From Cytophagales bacterium (lineage in GTDB: Bacteria; Bacteroidota; Bacteroidia; Cytophagales; Cyclobacteriaceae), in NCBI GenBank assembly GCA_038205685.1, contig JBBRBQ010000002.1, positions 108,548-172,547 of the forward strand: a stretch of 64,000 nucleotides of DNA, in the 5' to 3' direction. Below, one piece after another: positions 49,118 to 60,255 of this stretch. The stretch's first letter is position 1. Each line of letters begins with the position of its first letter. The position numbers and the translations under genes were made by a program. The notes beneath the pieces are model-generated. The model was not told where the DNA came from. It saw only the letters and a list, made by a program, of their open reading frames with translations, and made no database searches.

Positions 49118-49956
49118 GTGAAATTAAATACAATAATTTTCTTCTTACTCGCGATAGCTTACTCAACACATGGTCAGCAAAAATTAGCACTAAAAAATAA
49201 AAGTTTATCAGAAGAGCAGATCATCACAAAGTATTTAGAAAACGGAGCGTGGCGTTTCAGGTATTTTGCTCCTGAGTATCAACTGTACATTGATTCGGCA
49301 ATAGCCCTTAATCCAACCATAGCATATCTTTATCAACAAAAATCAATGCCATTATATAAACAAGGCAAATATTCCGTTGGTCTTCAATACTTGAACAAAG
49401 CAGTTGAACTAGCTCCTGTAAAATATATTGATTATAGGGCTTTTATGAAATGTATTTTTGCGAAGAATTATACCGAAGCACTTGATGATTTTATCCTGTC
49501 AAAAAAACTTAAAAGCGAGAATGGTTATGTGATGGATCATTCCTATAATTTTTACATCGGCCTGTGCTATATCCAGCTTAATGAGTACCAAAAGGCTTTT
49601 GATTATCTCAATAAAAGTATTAGGCAAGTGGAAGCGACTAGTGGAGAAAAATGGTGCACTATCTTGATTTGTTTTATGCTGGCATTGCTTTGCAAGAAAT
49701 GCGACAGCACAAAGAAGCTCTTGCTTATTTCAATAGAGCCCTGATCGATTATACAAACTTTTCGGATGCGAAATATTACAAAGCCATATCACTGTTCAAC
49801 ACAAACCAATCCGCACAAGCGCAGCTACTACTTACCGAATGTGAGGCTGATTTCAAGAGAGGATTTACAATTAATGAAGATAACGCTCTCTATGAAAAAT
49901 ATCCTTATCAGATCAAACAATTTCATATCGAGCAATTAAAGATGACGAAGAAATAA
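49118..49956 (+). pseudogene. Secreted TPR protein, frameshifted near 49650
   Basis: Two overlapping ORFs (49118-49744 and 49651-49956) join as ...SGEK(W/M)VHYLDLFYAGIA...; one extra base restores 279 aa of continuous TPR-like sequence. Confidence 0.75.
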
Positions 49957-50055
49957 TCTATTGAATTCTCCAAACTTCATAGACTCATACATTCGTCATA
50001 CAAGAATATTGTCTCAATTGCTTTTTTGATGTAGTTTTAAATTTCAAATACTACT

Positions 50056-51948
50056 ATGTCACCCATCACCACCTTCGAAGAGTATCAACAACAATATCAA
50101 TTAAGCATTAACGAACCTGAAAAATTTTGGTCGGCCATTGCAGACACTTTCACCTGGAAGAAAAAATACGATTCTGTTTTAGAATGGGATTTTAATAAGC
50201 CAGAAGTGAAATGGTTCTCTGGTGGAAAATTAAACATCGTTGAAAATTGTATCGACAGACATTTACCCAAACTTGCCAATCAAACTGCCATCATTTGGGA
50301 ATCTAATTCTGTTGATGAGCCTTCCAAAAATATCACTTATCAGCAGCTTCATGAATCGGTAAACAAAGTTGCTAACATGCTGCGCGAACTGGGCGTAAAG
50401 AAAGGCGATCGCGTTTGTATTTATTTACCAATGGTGCCCGAACTTGCTTATGCTGTGTTGGCTTGCGCCAGAATAGGTGCAGTGCATTCAGTAGTGTTTG
50501 CGGGCTTTTCCGCTGGTTCATTGGCTGATCGTATCAATGATTCAGGTTGCAAATTAATTCTAACTTCTGATGGCGCTTACCGTGGCGACAAAACATTAGA
50601 TCTTAAAAGTATTGTTGATGAAGCTTTGATCAAATGTCCTTCCATCGAAAAAGCAATTGTACTTCAGCGAACAAAAGGCAAGGTAATTATCAAATCAGGT
50701 CGTGATTTTTGGTGGCATGATGTAGTTGATAATCAATCCACTCAGTGTGAAGCAGAAGTGATGGATGCGGAAGATATGCTCTTCATACTTTATACCTCTG
50801 GCTCTACTGGCAAACCCAAGGGTATGGTGCATACCTGTGGCGGATACATGGTTTATTCCAGTTATACATTTCAAACAGTTTTTCAATATCAACCCAATCA
50901 AATTTATTGGTGTACGGCCGACATTGGCTGGATCACGGGGCATTCGTATATCCTATACGGTCCGTTATCTAATGGAGCAACTACAATCATATTTGAAGGC
51001 GTGCCTTCGTGGCCAGACATGGGCAGGTTTTGGCAAGTGATCGAAAAACACAAAGTCAATATATTCTACACGGCTCCTACTGCCATCCGCTCTTTGCAAC
51101 AAGCACCCCTTAGCTTTATTACCGATCATGATTTGTCCTCATTGCAGCTTCTAGGTTCCGTTGGCGAACCCATTAACGAAGAGGCATGGCACTGGTATCA
51201 TGAAAATATCGGTAAGAATAATTGTCCAATCGTGGATACGTGGTGGCAAACAGAAACTGGGGGGATTATGATATCTCCTATTGCTGGTGTTACCCCATTA
51301 AAACCAGCCTTTGCCACATTGCCGCTACCAGGCATGCAACCTGCTGTGATGAGTGAAAAAGGTGAAGAGCTAATGGAAAATAATGTCGAAGGAAGGCTCA
51401 CTATAAAATTTCCTTGGCCTTCCATTGCACGAACAATTTATGGAGATCATCAACGCTTTCGCGAAACTTATTTTTCCACCTTTGCGGGAAAATATTTTAC
51501 AGGTGATGGCTGCAAGCGCGATCAAGATGGATATTACAGAATCACAGGAAGAGTAGATGATATTATTATTGTATCAGGCCATAATTTAGGAACAGCAGAA
51601 ATTGAAAGTGCTATTGATGAGCATTCGGCTGTGTGCGAAACCGCAGTGGTTGGCTATCCTCACGATATAAAAGGCCAAGGTGTTTACGCCTTCGTAATTT
51701 GTTATGAAAAACCGCAGGAAGAAGAAAAGCTACGAAAAGAAATTAAAGATATTGTTTCGAAGATAATTGGCCCTATTGCCAAGCCCGATAAAATTCAATT
51801 TGTAAGTGGCCTACCCAAAACACGTTCGGGCAAAATAATGCGAAGAATTTTGCGCAAAGTAGCAGAGGGCGATATGGCTAACCTGGGGGATACTACTACT
51901 CTGCTTGACCCAACTGTTGTAGAAGCGATCAAAACGGGGGCATTATAA
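50056..51948 (+). CDS. acs: Acetyl-CoA synthetase
   Basis: YTSGSTGKPKG, WCTADIGWITGHSY, DTWWQTETG, PKTRSGKIMRR. Confidence 0.97.
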   Translation: MSPITTFEEYQQQYQLSINEPEKFWSAIADTFTWKKKYDSVLEWDFNKPEVKWFSGGKLNIVENCIDRHLPKLANQTAIIWESNSVDEPSKNITYQQLHESVNKVANMLRELGVKKGDRVCIYLPMVPELAYAVLACARIGAVHSVVFAGFSAGSLADRINDSGCKLILTSDGAYRGDKTLDLKSIVDEALIKCPSIEKAIVLQRTKGKVIIKSGRDFWWHDVVDNQSTQCEAEVMDAEDMLFILYTSGSTGKPKGMVHTCGGYMVYSSYTFQTVFQYQPNQIYWCTADIGWITGHSYILYGPLSNGATTIIFEGVPSWPDMGRFWQVIEKHKVNIFYTAPTAIRSLQQAPLSFITDHDLSSLQLLGSVGEPINEEAWHWYHENIGKNNCPIVDTWWQTETGGIMISPIAGVTPLKPAFATLPLPGMQPAVMSEKGEELMENNVEGRLTIKFPWPSIARTIYGDHQRFRETYFSTFAGKYFTGDGCKRDQDGYYRITGRVDDIIIVSGHNLGTAEIESAIDEHSAVCETAVVGYPHDIKGQGVYAFVICYEKPQEEEKLRKEIKDIVSKIIGPIAKPDKIQFVSGLPKTRSGKIMRRILRKVAEGDMANLGDTTTLLDPTVVEAIKTGAL

Positions 51949-52078
51949 GCAAGCGCGGTAGGTTTTAGATATGCAACACAATTTTCGTGTTGGCTAAGGG
52001 TTACTTTCAGTTATTATTTAGATATTTAAGACTCTAAAGGCCAGCTTAAAGTAGTTGTGCTAGACCCAAACCCCGCCT

Positions 52079-53701
52079 ATGAAACGAGATAAGCCTGCTT
52101 ATTTTTTCTGGTTTACTAAACTAATTGTAGCCACTGGCATTCAGACAAAATGCATTTGCCTTTTATTATTTGTTCTGCTTTTTTCTTGCGTTGATGAAAA
52201 AGACTATAAACTTTCATCCGTTGATATTAATCCATCTGTAACAATACCGCTTACGTATGGTAGCGTTTCCATAAAGGATTTTCTAAGCGACAAAGATTCT
52301 GCCTACATAAAAACTGATAAGGACGGTTTGCTCAGTTTAGTGTATTCCCAGAACTTGTTATCGCAAGATATTCGTGATAAATTTAAAATTCCCAACACAA
52401 CATCTACAAGCTCTATTGTCCTTGCAGCTGTTAATCTCCCCCAAGTGCCACAAGATGCAGTTTTAAATAATCTTTCTACCCTTGTCGATTTAAACTTAAC
52501 GCCTGAACAATTAAGTGAAATAAGTTTTAAATCTGGTCAGTTGACCGTATCTACATCATTGACTCCCAACTCAAATGTGAATTATGAGATGACGGTTTCT
52601 CTCCCCGATTTCACATCAAAAACTACTAACCTGCCTTTAACGCTTACGGGCAAAGGAACGCTGCCCACCATACAACTTTCTAATTATATTGTAAAACTGA
52701 ACAAGAATAAATTTACTGCTAATATTTCATTTGTATTGAAAAAAACATCCGGCCAGGTAAACATTGTTGCTGGTACAAAAGCTAATGTTCAATTATCTTT
52801 AACTGGGATGGACTTCAGCTACATCAAAGGTTTTTTTGGCGAACAAAGTGTGGCCATACCTTCAAGCTCAATAGACATAGGGGCTTATGGAAACTCTCTC
52901 AACAAGGCAACGCTTTCATTGGCGCAGCCGACTATAGGGCTGATTGTTTCCAATGATTATGGAGTGCCCGTAACCGTAGATTATAAAACCTTTGAAGCTC
53001 GCAAATCAAATGCAAGCCCGATCACGCTTACCCTAAATCCCGCCAATCCTGTGCTAATCAATGCACCTACAGTGCTCGGTTCATCAGCTATTACCAACAT
53101 TGCTATTACCAATACCAATCAGATAATAAACTATGCCCCAACACAACTTTATTATCAGGCCACTGCCACGGTTAATAAAGGAGTTACCTCAGGTGCTAAT
53201 TTCTTAGCAGATACCAGTAAGGTGCGGGTGAAGTTAAATGTAAACATTCCATTGTATGGCAAAGCCTCTGGTATATTGTTGGGCGATACGGTAGCCATTG
53301 ATCTCAGTAGCGTTAATCAATCGCAGATTAGTGAGGCTACATTGAAAATAAAAATCACCAACGAGATGCCTTTGGATGGCAGCGTTCAGTTTTATTTAAC
53401 GGATAGCAATTATGTAATCCAAGATCAACTTCTTGACACTTCACAAACATCATTTATTAAGGGCAGTACTGTAACTGCTTCAGGCGATTTACAAAAGGCT
53501 ACTCTTTCTGAACAAACCATACCGATACTCAAAGAGAAGGTTAATAAAATATTTACTGCCAAGTATATTATCATTGCAGCCATTATGAGTACATCGAAAG
53601 ATGCTAGTGGCAATGCAATAGATGTAAAATTTAGATCGCAATACAAAATGACTGTAGAGACAGGCATAGCAGCTAAACTTAACTTCAACATAAAACTATG
53701 A
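52079..53701 (+). CDS. Beta-rich lipoprotein, function unknown
   Basis: Lipobox LFS-C; S/T/N/V-rich beta-strand pattern; ATGA overlap with the next gene. Confidence 0.75.
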   Translation: MKRDKPAYFFWFTKLIVATGIQTKCICLLLFVLLFSCVDEKDYKLSSVDINPSVTIPLTYGSVSIKDFLSDKDSAYIKTDKDGLLSLVYSQNLLSQDIRDKFKIPNTTSTSSIVLAAVNLPQVPQDAVLNNLSTLVDLNLTPEQLSEISFKSGQLTVSTSLTPNSNVNYEMTVSLPDFTSKTTNLPLTLTGKGTLPTIQLSNYIVKLNKNKFTANISFVLKKTSGQVNIVAGTKANVQLSLTGMDFSYIKGFFGEQSVAIPSSSIDIGAYGNSLNKATLSLAQPTIGLIVSNDYGVPVTVDYKTFEARKSNASPITLTLNPANPVLINAPTVLGSSAITNIAITNTNQIINYAPTQLYYQATATVNKGVTSGANFLADTSKVRVKLNVNIPLYGKASGILLGDTVAIDLSSVNQSQISEATLKIKITNEMPLDGSVQFYLTDSNYVIQDQLLDTSQTSFIKGSTVTASGDLQKATLSEQTIPILKEKVNKIFTAKYIIIAAIMSTSKDASGNAIDVKFRSQYKMTVETGIAAKLNFNIKL

Positions 53702-55152
53702 AGCTGCTACAAAAATCAATCGCCTGGTTAGTGGTTTCTCTTGCCACTCTTCCCGTGTACGCACAAATGGAAGGCACACTATATAGTATGAATAGTTTGC
53801 CTCAAGTGGTCATCAATAATCCAGCCTTTGTGCCTCGCTATAAAGTTACCGTAGGGTTTGCATCATCATTTGTTTTGGGTTATACCAATAACGGATTTTC
53901 CTACAATGATTTGATCACTAAAAAAAATGATAGTGTTAAAGTTGATTTATCAAAATTCGGCAATGCACTAACGGACAAGAACTACATTACTCAAACCACC
54001 CAAGTTGAGTTATTTAGATTGGGTATTAAAATAAAAGCATTGTACATCACGGCTAGTGTCACTGGTAAAGCCTATAACCGATCAATGCTTCCTAAAGATT
54101 TTTTATCATTAGTCATTAATGGGAACACACAGTTTGTTGGCACAACAGTAACTTTCTCTCCGCAAGTTGAGAGCCTATCCTATATTGAATCTGCATTGGG
54201 CGCCTCATATAAAGTAATGGATAAACTAACTGTGGGTGCTCGTTTCAAATACTTGAAAGGAATTAGCAACGTCACTACAGAAACTTCAAGTATATCTATC
54301 ACAGTCGATGAAACTCAAATAACTGCCTCCGCAGATGCTTTAGCAAATACCTCTGGCATTTATGCGGCCACTCAAAGTGGTTTTGATTTTAATAAATCGT
54401 ACAGCAATTACTTAAAGAACAATGGAGTAGCATTTGATATCGGTGCTAACTTAAAACTGACCGATAAGCTTTCTGTTGCAGCGAGTATTATTGACATTGG
54501 ACAAATTTCATGGACAAACGATGTGTATCAATACTCATTGGACAAGACTAAAGCCACTTATACATTTCAGGGCATTGATGCGCAAAAATTGATAAAGGGT
54601 AATACCGATTTCACCGGAGGCATAGGTGACACACTTAAAAACCGGTTTAAATTTAAGGAGACGCAGGGTAGCTCGTACTCCACAATGCTACCTTCTAAAA
54701 TCTATTTGAGCGGTAATTATGAATTGATTAAGAATTTAAATGTGGCGGCTGTTCTATACACCGAAACCTTCCGTGGCCGTGTAAATACTGGATGGACAGG
54801 TTCTATCAACAAACATTTTGGAAGTATCGCCAGTATGTCTCTTAGTTACACGATTGCGGAGCGGTCAGCCAATAATTTAGGAGCAGGCTTATCATTAAAC
54901 TTTTCGCCATTTCAATTTTATCTAGTGGGTGATAATCTATTAAATGCACCTATATCGCTTATCTCATCCCAGAATCTGAACAACTATATCAATAACACAA
55001 AAACCTTCAGTTTGCGTGCAGGGTTAAATTTTGTTTTTGGTCGTGATAAAGGGGAGGTTGCCAGCACGGGTGGTCCAAAAGGGAAAAGCGGTAAGAAATA
55101 TAACGAGTACAGAAAGCAAAATCAACGGAAGGCTCCTCCTAAAAAGAAATGA
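53698..55152 (+). CDS. DUF5723-like outer-membrane beta-barrel protein
   Basis: Signal peptide (VYA-Q); NNPAFVP; alternating amphipathic strands; G.AFDIGA, SIIDIGQISW, RAGLNFVFG. Confidence 0.7.
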   Translation: MKLLQKSIAWLVVSLATLPVYAQMEGTLYSMNSLPQVVINNPAFVPRYKVTVGFASSFVLGYTNNGFSYNDLITKKNDSVKVDLSKFGNALTDKNYITQTTQVELFRLGIKIKALYITASVTGKAYNRSMLPKDFLSLVINGNTQFVGTTVTFSPQVESLSYIESALGASYKVMDKLTVGARFKYLKGISNVTTETSSISITVDETQITASADALANTSGIYAATQSGFDFNKSYSNYLKNNGVAFDIGANLKLTDKLSVAASIIDIGQISWTNDVYQYSLDKTKATYTFQGIDAQKLIKGNTDFTGGIGDTLKNRFKFKETQGSSYSTMLPSKIYLSGNYELIKNLNVAAVLYTETFRGRVNTGWTGSINKHFGSIASMSLSYTIAERSANNLGAGLSLNFSPFQFYLVGDNLLNAPISLISSQNLNNYINNTKTFSLRAGLNFVFGRDKGEVASTGGPKGKSGKKYNEYRKQNQRKAPPKKK

Positions 55153-55165
55153 TGTCATCAAAGAG

Positions 55166-56473
55166 TTATTCTTTCTTTGCATGAACGGTCTCCACAGCGG
55201 AAAACACATTCTGCTTAGCCATCAATTTTCTAATCATATTTAATGTGATCGTCTTCACGTCTTGATTACTGATGCCTTGTGAAGAGCACCAGTCGGTGGT
55301 AGCAGTATTGATAATGATCCCAGAAGTTTTTGATCGTTTGAAAACAACCCAGGTTGCATAACCTTCTTTCTCCAATCGAAAAACTTTATCGTAGCCAACA
55401 ATCTCCATCTTATCAAAACCTAGCGCTTTGATATTCGCCATGGGATGGCCATCATGTGTAAAGCCAAGCACAGGAACTCCATCGGTTTCATCGCTTGGGA
55501 GCGGAAGTACATCCCCAATTTTTAATGCTGTTCCTTCAAGCAGAGGTGAGTGCGTTAGTATCTTAAATCCATCCCACCCTTTATCAGTCTTTCGGCCATA
55601 GCCTGCATTAGGAAACTCCACACCAATTGATTTGGTGATTGGGTAGTTTAACTTCGGTTCGTTCCAATTAATGGTCTTTAATTTTTTATTTACGATTGGA
55701 TCATCGTCTTTTGATTTATAACAAATCATCTGAGTTTTCTCTTTGTTGTATCGCGCTTGCCACCACATAGTATTACCTGAAAGTACAATTACGTTTTTGC
55801 CTTCGTTCACAAACCGATCAAAATTCTTTCTGGCTTGCAATGTCCAGTACTCACTATGGCCAGTTATTATAAGCAACTCTGCATTGCCCCATGCGTTATA
55901 GTTATCCAAGTCAACATCTGCAATATAACCTACATCCTTGAAGGGTTGCGTTTCAAACCAACGAAGAAAAAGTTCGGCATGTTTGGGCAATCGCATAGGC
56001 CGAAGGAACGAGACTTTTTTAGCTGGCTTAAACTCCGATGAGTTGAAAGAATAGAGACTCTTTCCGCCACCATTGCAGTAGGCGTTTTCACGATTGGAGT
56101 TATACACTACAACAATATTAGGCTTGGCCATTTTTATGATGAGTGGAATTCTATCTTCCCATTGATAAACGCCACTCTTTAAATTAGGCACTTTAATTTT
56201 TAAAGATGGCTTGTACCCAAAGCCATTTTCCCAAGGTTTTTCATGCTGGGGTTCTTGTGAAAAAACATTGGCTTTGTAAGTAGCTACTTGCTTTCCTTGC
56301 AAATCAAAAAGTTTAAGATCATAATTATCCCGCTTCTCGCCTGCGTTTACAAAGAGAGTAAGAGAATCACCAGTGCTTACCGAAACTTTGCTGCAATAAC
56401 CTTCTATGATTAGGTTTTCTTGATGTATGAAAGCGAATTGGAAAAGAAAAAGAAATACAGTGATATTCATCAA
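55166..56473 (-). CDS. N,N-dimethylformamidase beta-subunit-like (DUF6605) protein
   Basis: IEGY..K.SV..GD.L, ENAY..GGGKSLY, VSFLRP, GHSEYWT, LSGNT.WWQ. Confidence 0.75.
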   Translation of the reverse strand: MMNITVFLFLFQFAFIHQENLIIEGYCSKVSVSTGDSLTLFVNAGEKRDNYDLKLFDLQGKQVATYKANVFSQEPQHEKPWENGFGYKPSLKIKVPNLKSGVYQWEDRIPLIIKMAKPNIVVVYNSNRENAYCNGGGKSLYSFNSSEFKPAKKVSFLRPMRLPKHAELFLRWFETQPFKDVGYIADVDLDNYNAWGNAELLIITGHSEYWTLQARKNFDRFVNEGKNVIVLSGNTMWWQARYNKEKTQMICYKSKDDDPIVNKKLKTINWNEPKLNYPITKSIGVEFPNAGYGRKTDKGWDGFKILTHSPLLEGTALKIGDVLPLPSDETDGVPVLGFTHDGHPMANIKALGFDKMEIVGYDKVFRLEKEGYATWVVFKRSKTSGIIINTATTDWCSSQGISNQDVKTITLNMIRKLMAKQNVFSAVETVHAKKE

Positions 56474-56498
56474 GTAAACAGAGACAAAAATATTTGTA

Positions 56499-57734
56499 CT
56501 ATTTTTTGAAATTTAAAATCACACGATCTATGATGTCGCAGCATTCATGAATCTGCTCTTCCGTAATTACTAAAGGTGGCGCAAGTCTTATTATATTTCC
56601 ATGGGTAGGCTTGGCAAGCAAACCATTCTCGGCAAACTTCAAACAGATATTCCAAGCTGTTTCGCTTTCAGGCGAATCGTTAATTATAATGGCATTTAAT
56701 AAACCTTTGCCTCTTACTAATTTTACAAGATTGGTTTTAGAGATCAAATTTTGCATCCGCTCACGAAAAATTATTCCAAGTCGATAGGCTTCTTCCGCTA
56801 ACTTTTCATCCTTCACCACTTGCAAAGCAGCTATCACTACTGCCGCTGCCAAAGGATTTCCGCCAAACGTAGAACCATGTTCACCGGGCTTAATCACCAA
56901 CATGATCTCGTCATCTGCCAGGACTAATGATATTGGCAGAACGCCACCAGACAAGGCTTTGCCAAGTATTAATAAATCAGGGCGAACATCTTCATAATCA
57001 CTTGCCAGCATTTTTCCGGTACGTGCAATACCCGTTTGTATTTCGTCCATCATTAGCAACACCTTGTGTTGGCGACACAATTTCTCGGCTGCTTTCAAAT
57101 AGCCATCCGCAGGCACATATACACCCGCTTCTCCTTGAATGGGCTCAATCCAGAGTGCACATACATTGGGATTTGCCAACGCCTTTTCAAGTGCTGGTAC
57201 ATTATCATACTCTACAATTTCAAAGCCTGGCATAAATGGCCCAAAACCATCTTGTGAAGAAGGATCAGTAGAGGCAGAAATAATGGTAGTAGTTCTTCCA
57301 TGAAAATTCTTTTTAACGGCAACAATAACTGCTTGATTGGTTGGAATACCTTTCTTGGTGTAACCCCACTTGCGCGCAAGTTTTATAGCTGTTTCGTTAG
57401 CCTCAGCTCCACTGTTCATAAACAAAGCCTTCTCATAGCCAAAGAGTTCGCACACATATTTCTCAGCAACTCCCAGTTTATCATTATAAAAAGCGCGCGA
57501 AGTTAGCGTGAGCTCTTTTGCTTGCGTAATTAAAGCTTGGATTATCTGCGGATGACAATGGCCTTGGTTTACGGCACTATAAGCAGAAAGAAAATCGAAG
57601 TAACGTTTACCTTCAACATCCCATAAAAAAACACCTTCGCCTTTGTTCAACACAACAGGAAGCGGATGATAGTTATGTGCGCCAAATTTTTCTTCTAGTT
57701 CAATTGCTTGCAAGCTTGGAAGTATTTCCACCAT
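56499..57734 (-). CDS. rocD: Ornithine aminotransferase
   Basis: [49 protein letters not shown]. Confidence 0.97.
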   Translation of the reverse strand: MVEILPSLQAIELEEKFGAHNYHPLPVVLNKGEGVFLWDVEGKRYFDFLSAYSAVNQGHCHPQIIQALITQAKELTLTSRAFYNDKLGVAEKYVCELFGYEKALFMNSGAEANETAIKLARKWGYTKKGIPTNQAVIVAVKKNFHGRTTTIISASTDPSSQDGFGPFMPGFEIVEYDNVPALEKALANPNVCALWIEPIQGEAGVYVPADGYLKAAEKLCRQHKVLLMMDEIQTGIARTGKMLASDYEDVRPDLLILGKALSGGVLPISLVLADDEIMLVIKPGEHGSTFGGNPLAAAVVIAALQVVKDEKLAEEAYRLGIIFRERMQNLISKTNLVKLVRGKGLLNAIIINDSPESETAWNICLKFAENGLLAKPTHGNIIRLAPPLVITEEQIHECCDIIDRVILNFKK

Positions 57735-57927
57735 AAAAATTCCATTAATAATTAGCTAACAAAGCTAGTGGAGTAATGGCAGGATTGAAAGGCTTTGAGT
57801 AGATAAAAATAAATTATGCCCCTATCTATTCTATTCCCATAAATTAAGATGACAAATGTTCTTACAAAAGGAATTTTATTAACTTCGACAATCTATTTCT
57901 CCTCAGTCCAAATAAATCGCAATAGCT

Positions 57928-59088
57928 ATGTTTTATCATCGCCTTGGCAACATTCCGCATAAGCGCCACACACAATTTCGGCAGCCTGATGGAAGCCTAT
58001 ACAAAGAAGAGTTGGTAAGTTCTGAAGGTTTTTCAGGCATCTATTCCAACCTCTATCATATCAATGCACCAACACGCATCAAGGAAGTAAAAAGCCCAGT
58101 GCCGTATGGCCCAAAGAGAATTGAAAATTATGCATTGAGACAAACACATCTCAATACATCTAAAGTTGAAAGTACAGGCATTGATTATTTGAGCGCACGA
58201 AAAGTGTTGTTGATGAACAATGATTGCGCAATTTCTATTTGTTCTCCCTCGCAGCGCAAGATGGACTATTTCTATAAAAATGCTGAAGGCGATGAAGTAA
58301 TTTATGTGCACGATGGCGCAGGGAAATTAATTTCTCAATTTGGCGCAATTGATATTAAGCAAGGTGACTATGTTGTAATACCTCGAACTGTAATTTATAA
58401 GTTAGAATTTGAAGAAGGCCCACTACGATTATTAATTATTGAAGGTAGCTCACCAGTTGAGACCGTTAAACGATACAGAAGTCAACTTGGACAATTGTTA
58501 GAACACTCGCCTTATTGTGAGCGCGATATTCGTCCTCCTCATGAATTAATAACAGATATAAGCAAGGGTGAGTTTTTAGTGAAGATTAAAAAGCAAGGCT
58601 TTCTGCATCAATACGTGTATGACTATTCACCTTTAGATCTTGTAGGGTGGGATGGCTTTTTATGGCCTTATGCATTTTCAATTCACGACTTTGAGCCGAT
58701 TACGGGTCGCATTCATCAGCCACCGCCTGTGCATCAAACATTTCAGGCTCATAATTTTGTAATCTGTTCTTTTGTGCCACGTCTGTTCGATTACCATCCC
58801 CTATCAATTCCTGCTCCTTACAACCACAGTAATATTGATAGCGATGAAGTGCTCTATTATGCTGAAGGAAATTTTATGAGCCGCAAAGGTATCGATCGTG
58901 GGTCATTCACGTTGCACCCTGGTGGGCTGCCTCATGGGCCTCACCCTGGAACGGTTGAAAAAAGTATTGGTGCTAAGGAAACACATGAGCTCGCGGTGAT
59001 GATTGATACCTTTCATCCACTCTGGCTTACAACGGATTCGTTGGAATTTATTGATTCTAATTACCCCATGAGTTGGACTGAGAACTAA
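57928..59088 (+). CDS. hmgA: Homogentisate 1,2-dioxygenase
   Basis: NAEGDE, HQPPPVH, PYNHSNIDSDE and PHGPHPG (Fe ligands). Confidence 0.93.
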   Translation: MFYHRLGNIPHKRHTQFRQPDGSLYKEELVSSEGFSGIYSNLYHINAPTRIKEVKSPVPYGPKRIENYALRQTHLNTSKVESTGIDYLSARKVLLMNNDCAISICSPSQRKMDYFYKNAEGDEVIYVHDGAGKLISQFGAIDIKQGDYVVIPRTVIYKLEFEEGPLRLLIIEGSSPVETVKRYRSQLGQLLEHSPYCERDIRPPHELITDISKGEFLVKIKKQGFLHQYVYDYSPLDLVGWDGFLWPYAFSIHDFEPITGRIHQPPPVHQTFQAHNFVICSFVPRLFDYHPLSIPAPYNHSNIDSDEVLYYAEGNFMSRKGIDRGSFTLHPGGLPHGPHPGTVEKSIGAKETHELAVMIDTFHPLWLTTDSLEFIDSNYPMSWTEN

Positions 59089-59178
59089 ACTAAATAAAGA
59101 TTACAACCTAGGCATCCATGTTTTTCAATTACATATAACTTGCAACCGACAACTTTTATACATTACTAAACAAATCAG

Positions 59179-59628
59179 ATGCAACACTTCAAACGATCCA
59201 TGCAAGTCCGTTGGTCGGATATGGATGCTAACAGACACTTACGGCATTCTGCTTATTACGATTATGGTGCCGCTATGCGCATGATGGTGCTGAGCGAAGG
59301 TGGTCTTACCTTGGGCAAGCTTGAGGAATTAGAGATTGGCCCCATTCTCTTCCGCGAAGAAGCTATCTTTAAAAGAGAAATCAGGCTGGATGATGCTCTT
59401 ACGTTAGATGTTGTTATGGTAAAATCAACTGCAGATTTTTCGCGTTGGAGTTTACGGCATCATTTTAATAAAGAAGACGGAACGCTAGCTGCTATTCTAA
59501 ACATTGATGGAGCTTGGATGGATCTTGTAAAAAGAAAATTAGCAGTACCAAATGAACTTGTTCAGAATATATTTTCTGCGTTTCCTAAATCGGAAGATTA
59601 CGAATTGATAGTAAAATCTAAATCATGA
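59179..59628 (+). CDS. Acyl-CoA thioesterase (4HBT/hotdog family)
   Basis: VRWSDMDANRHLRHSAYYD, GPILFREE..F.RE. Confidence 0.88.
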   Translation: MQHFKRSMQVRWSDMDANRHLRHSAYYDYGAAMRMMVLSEGGLTLGKLEELEIGPILFREEAIFKREIRLDDALTLDVVMVKSTADFSRWSLRHHFNKEDGTLAAILNIDGAWMDLVKRKLAVPNELVQNIFSAFPKSEDYELIVKSKS

Positions 59629-59667
59629 TTTCATGAAAATTAGATTTGCGAGATGGCGTGACAAAGT

Positions 59668-60243
59668 CTAACTCAGTATCCAATTTTCAATTTGCTTGGG
59701 ATAAAATTCATGTTCAAGTTGATGAACTTTAGCCGCTATATCTTCGGCAGTATCTGCTTGATCAATGCTACAAATCTTTTGTAACAACACTTTTCCATCA
59801 TCATATTTTTCGTTTACGAGATGTATCGTAATACCTGTTTGCTTTTCATTGTTAGCTTTCACTGCTTCATGTACATTCATTCCATACATTCCTTTTCCCC
59901 CATACGATGGCAGCAAGGCAGGATGAATATTGATTATTCTATTTGGATATGCTGCCACCAAATACTTTGGTACCAACCACATAAAGCCCGCTAATACTAT
60001 ATGAGTTATATGATGTTCCTTCAGTCTATTTACAATGAAGGATGAATCTTTAAATTCTTCTTTAGTAAAGAATAGCGAAGACACATTGTGCTTTATAGCT
60101 CTTTCTAAAACATAAGCTTGTTGATTGTTGGAGGCAATAAAAGCGACCTTAATGCTAGCGTGGCTTTTGAAATGGTTTAGTATAGCTTCTGCATTAGTTC
60201 CATTCCCTGAAGCGAATATCGCGATACGAAAAACCTTACTCAT
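59668..60243 (-). CDS. purN: Phosphoribosylglycinamide formyltransferase
   Basis: IFASGNGTN, VLAGFM, NIHPALLP, GITIHLV..YDDG. Confidence 0.96.
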   Translation of the reverse strand: MSKVFRIAIFASGNGTNAEAILNHFKSHASIKVAFIASNNQQAYVLERAIKHNVSSLFFTKEEFKDSSFIVNRLKEHHITHIVLAGFMWLVPKYLVAAYPNRIINIHPALLPSYGGKGMYGMNVHEAVKANNEKQTGITIHLVNEKYDDGKVLLQKICSIDQADTAEDIAAKVHQLEHEFYPKQIENWILS

Positions 60244-60255
60244 AAATCTAACTAT

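Noticed and set aside
51972-51992. Terminator after acs (caacac/gtgttg)
   Set aside because: Only a 6-bp stem with no U-tract; too weak to call
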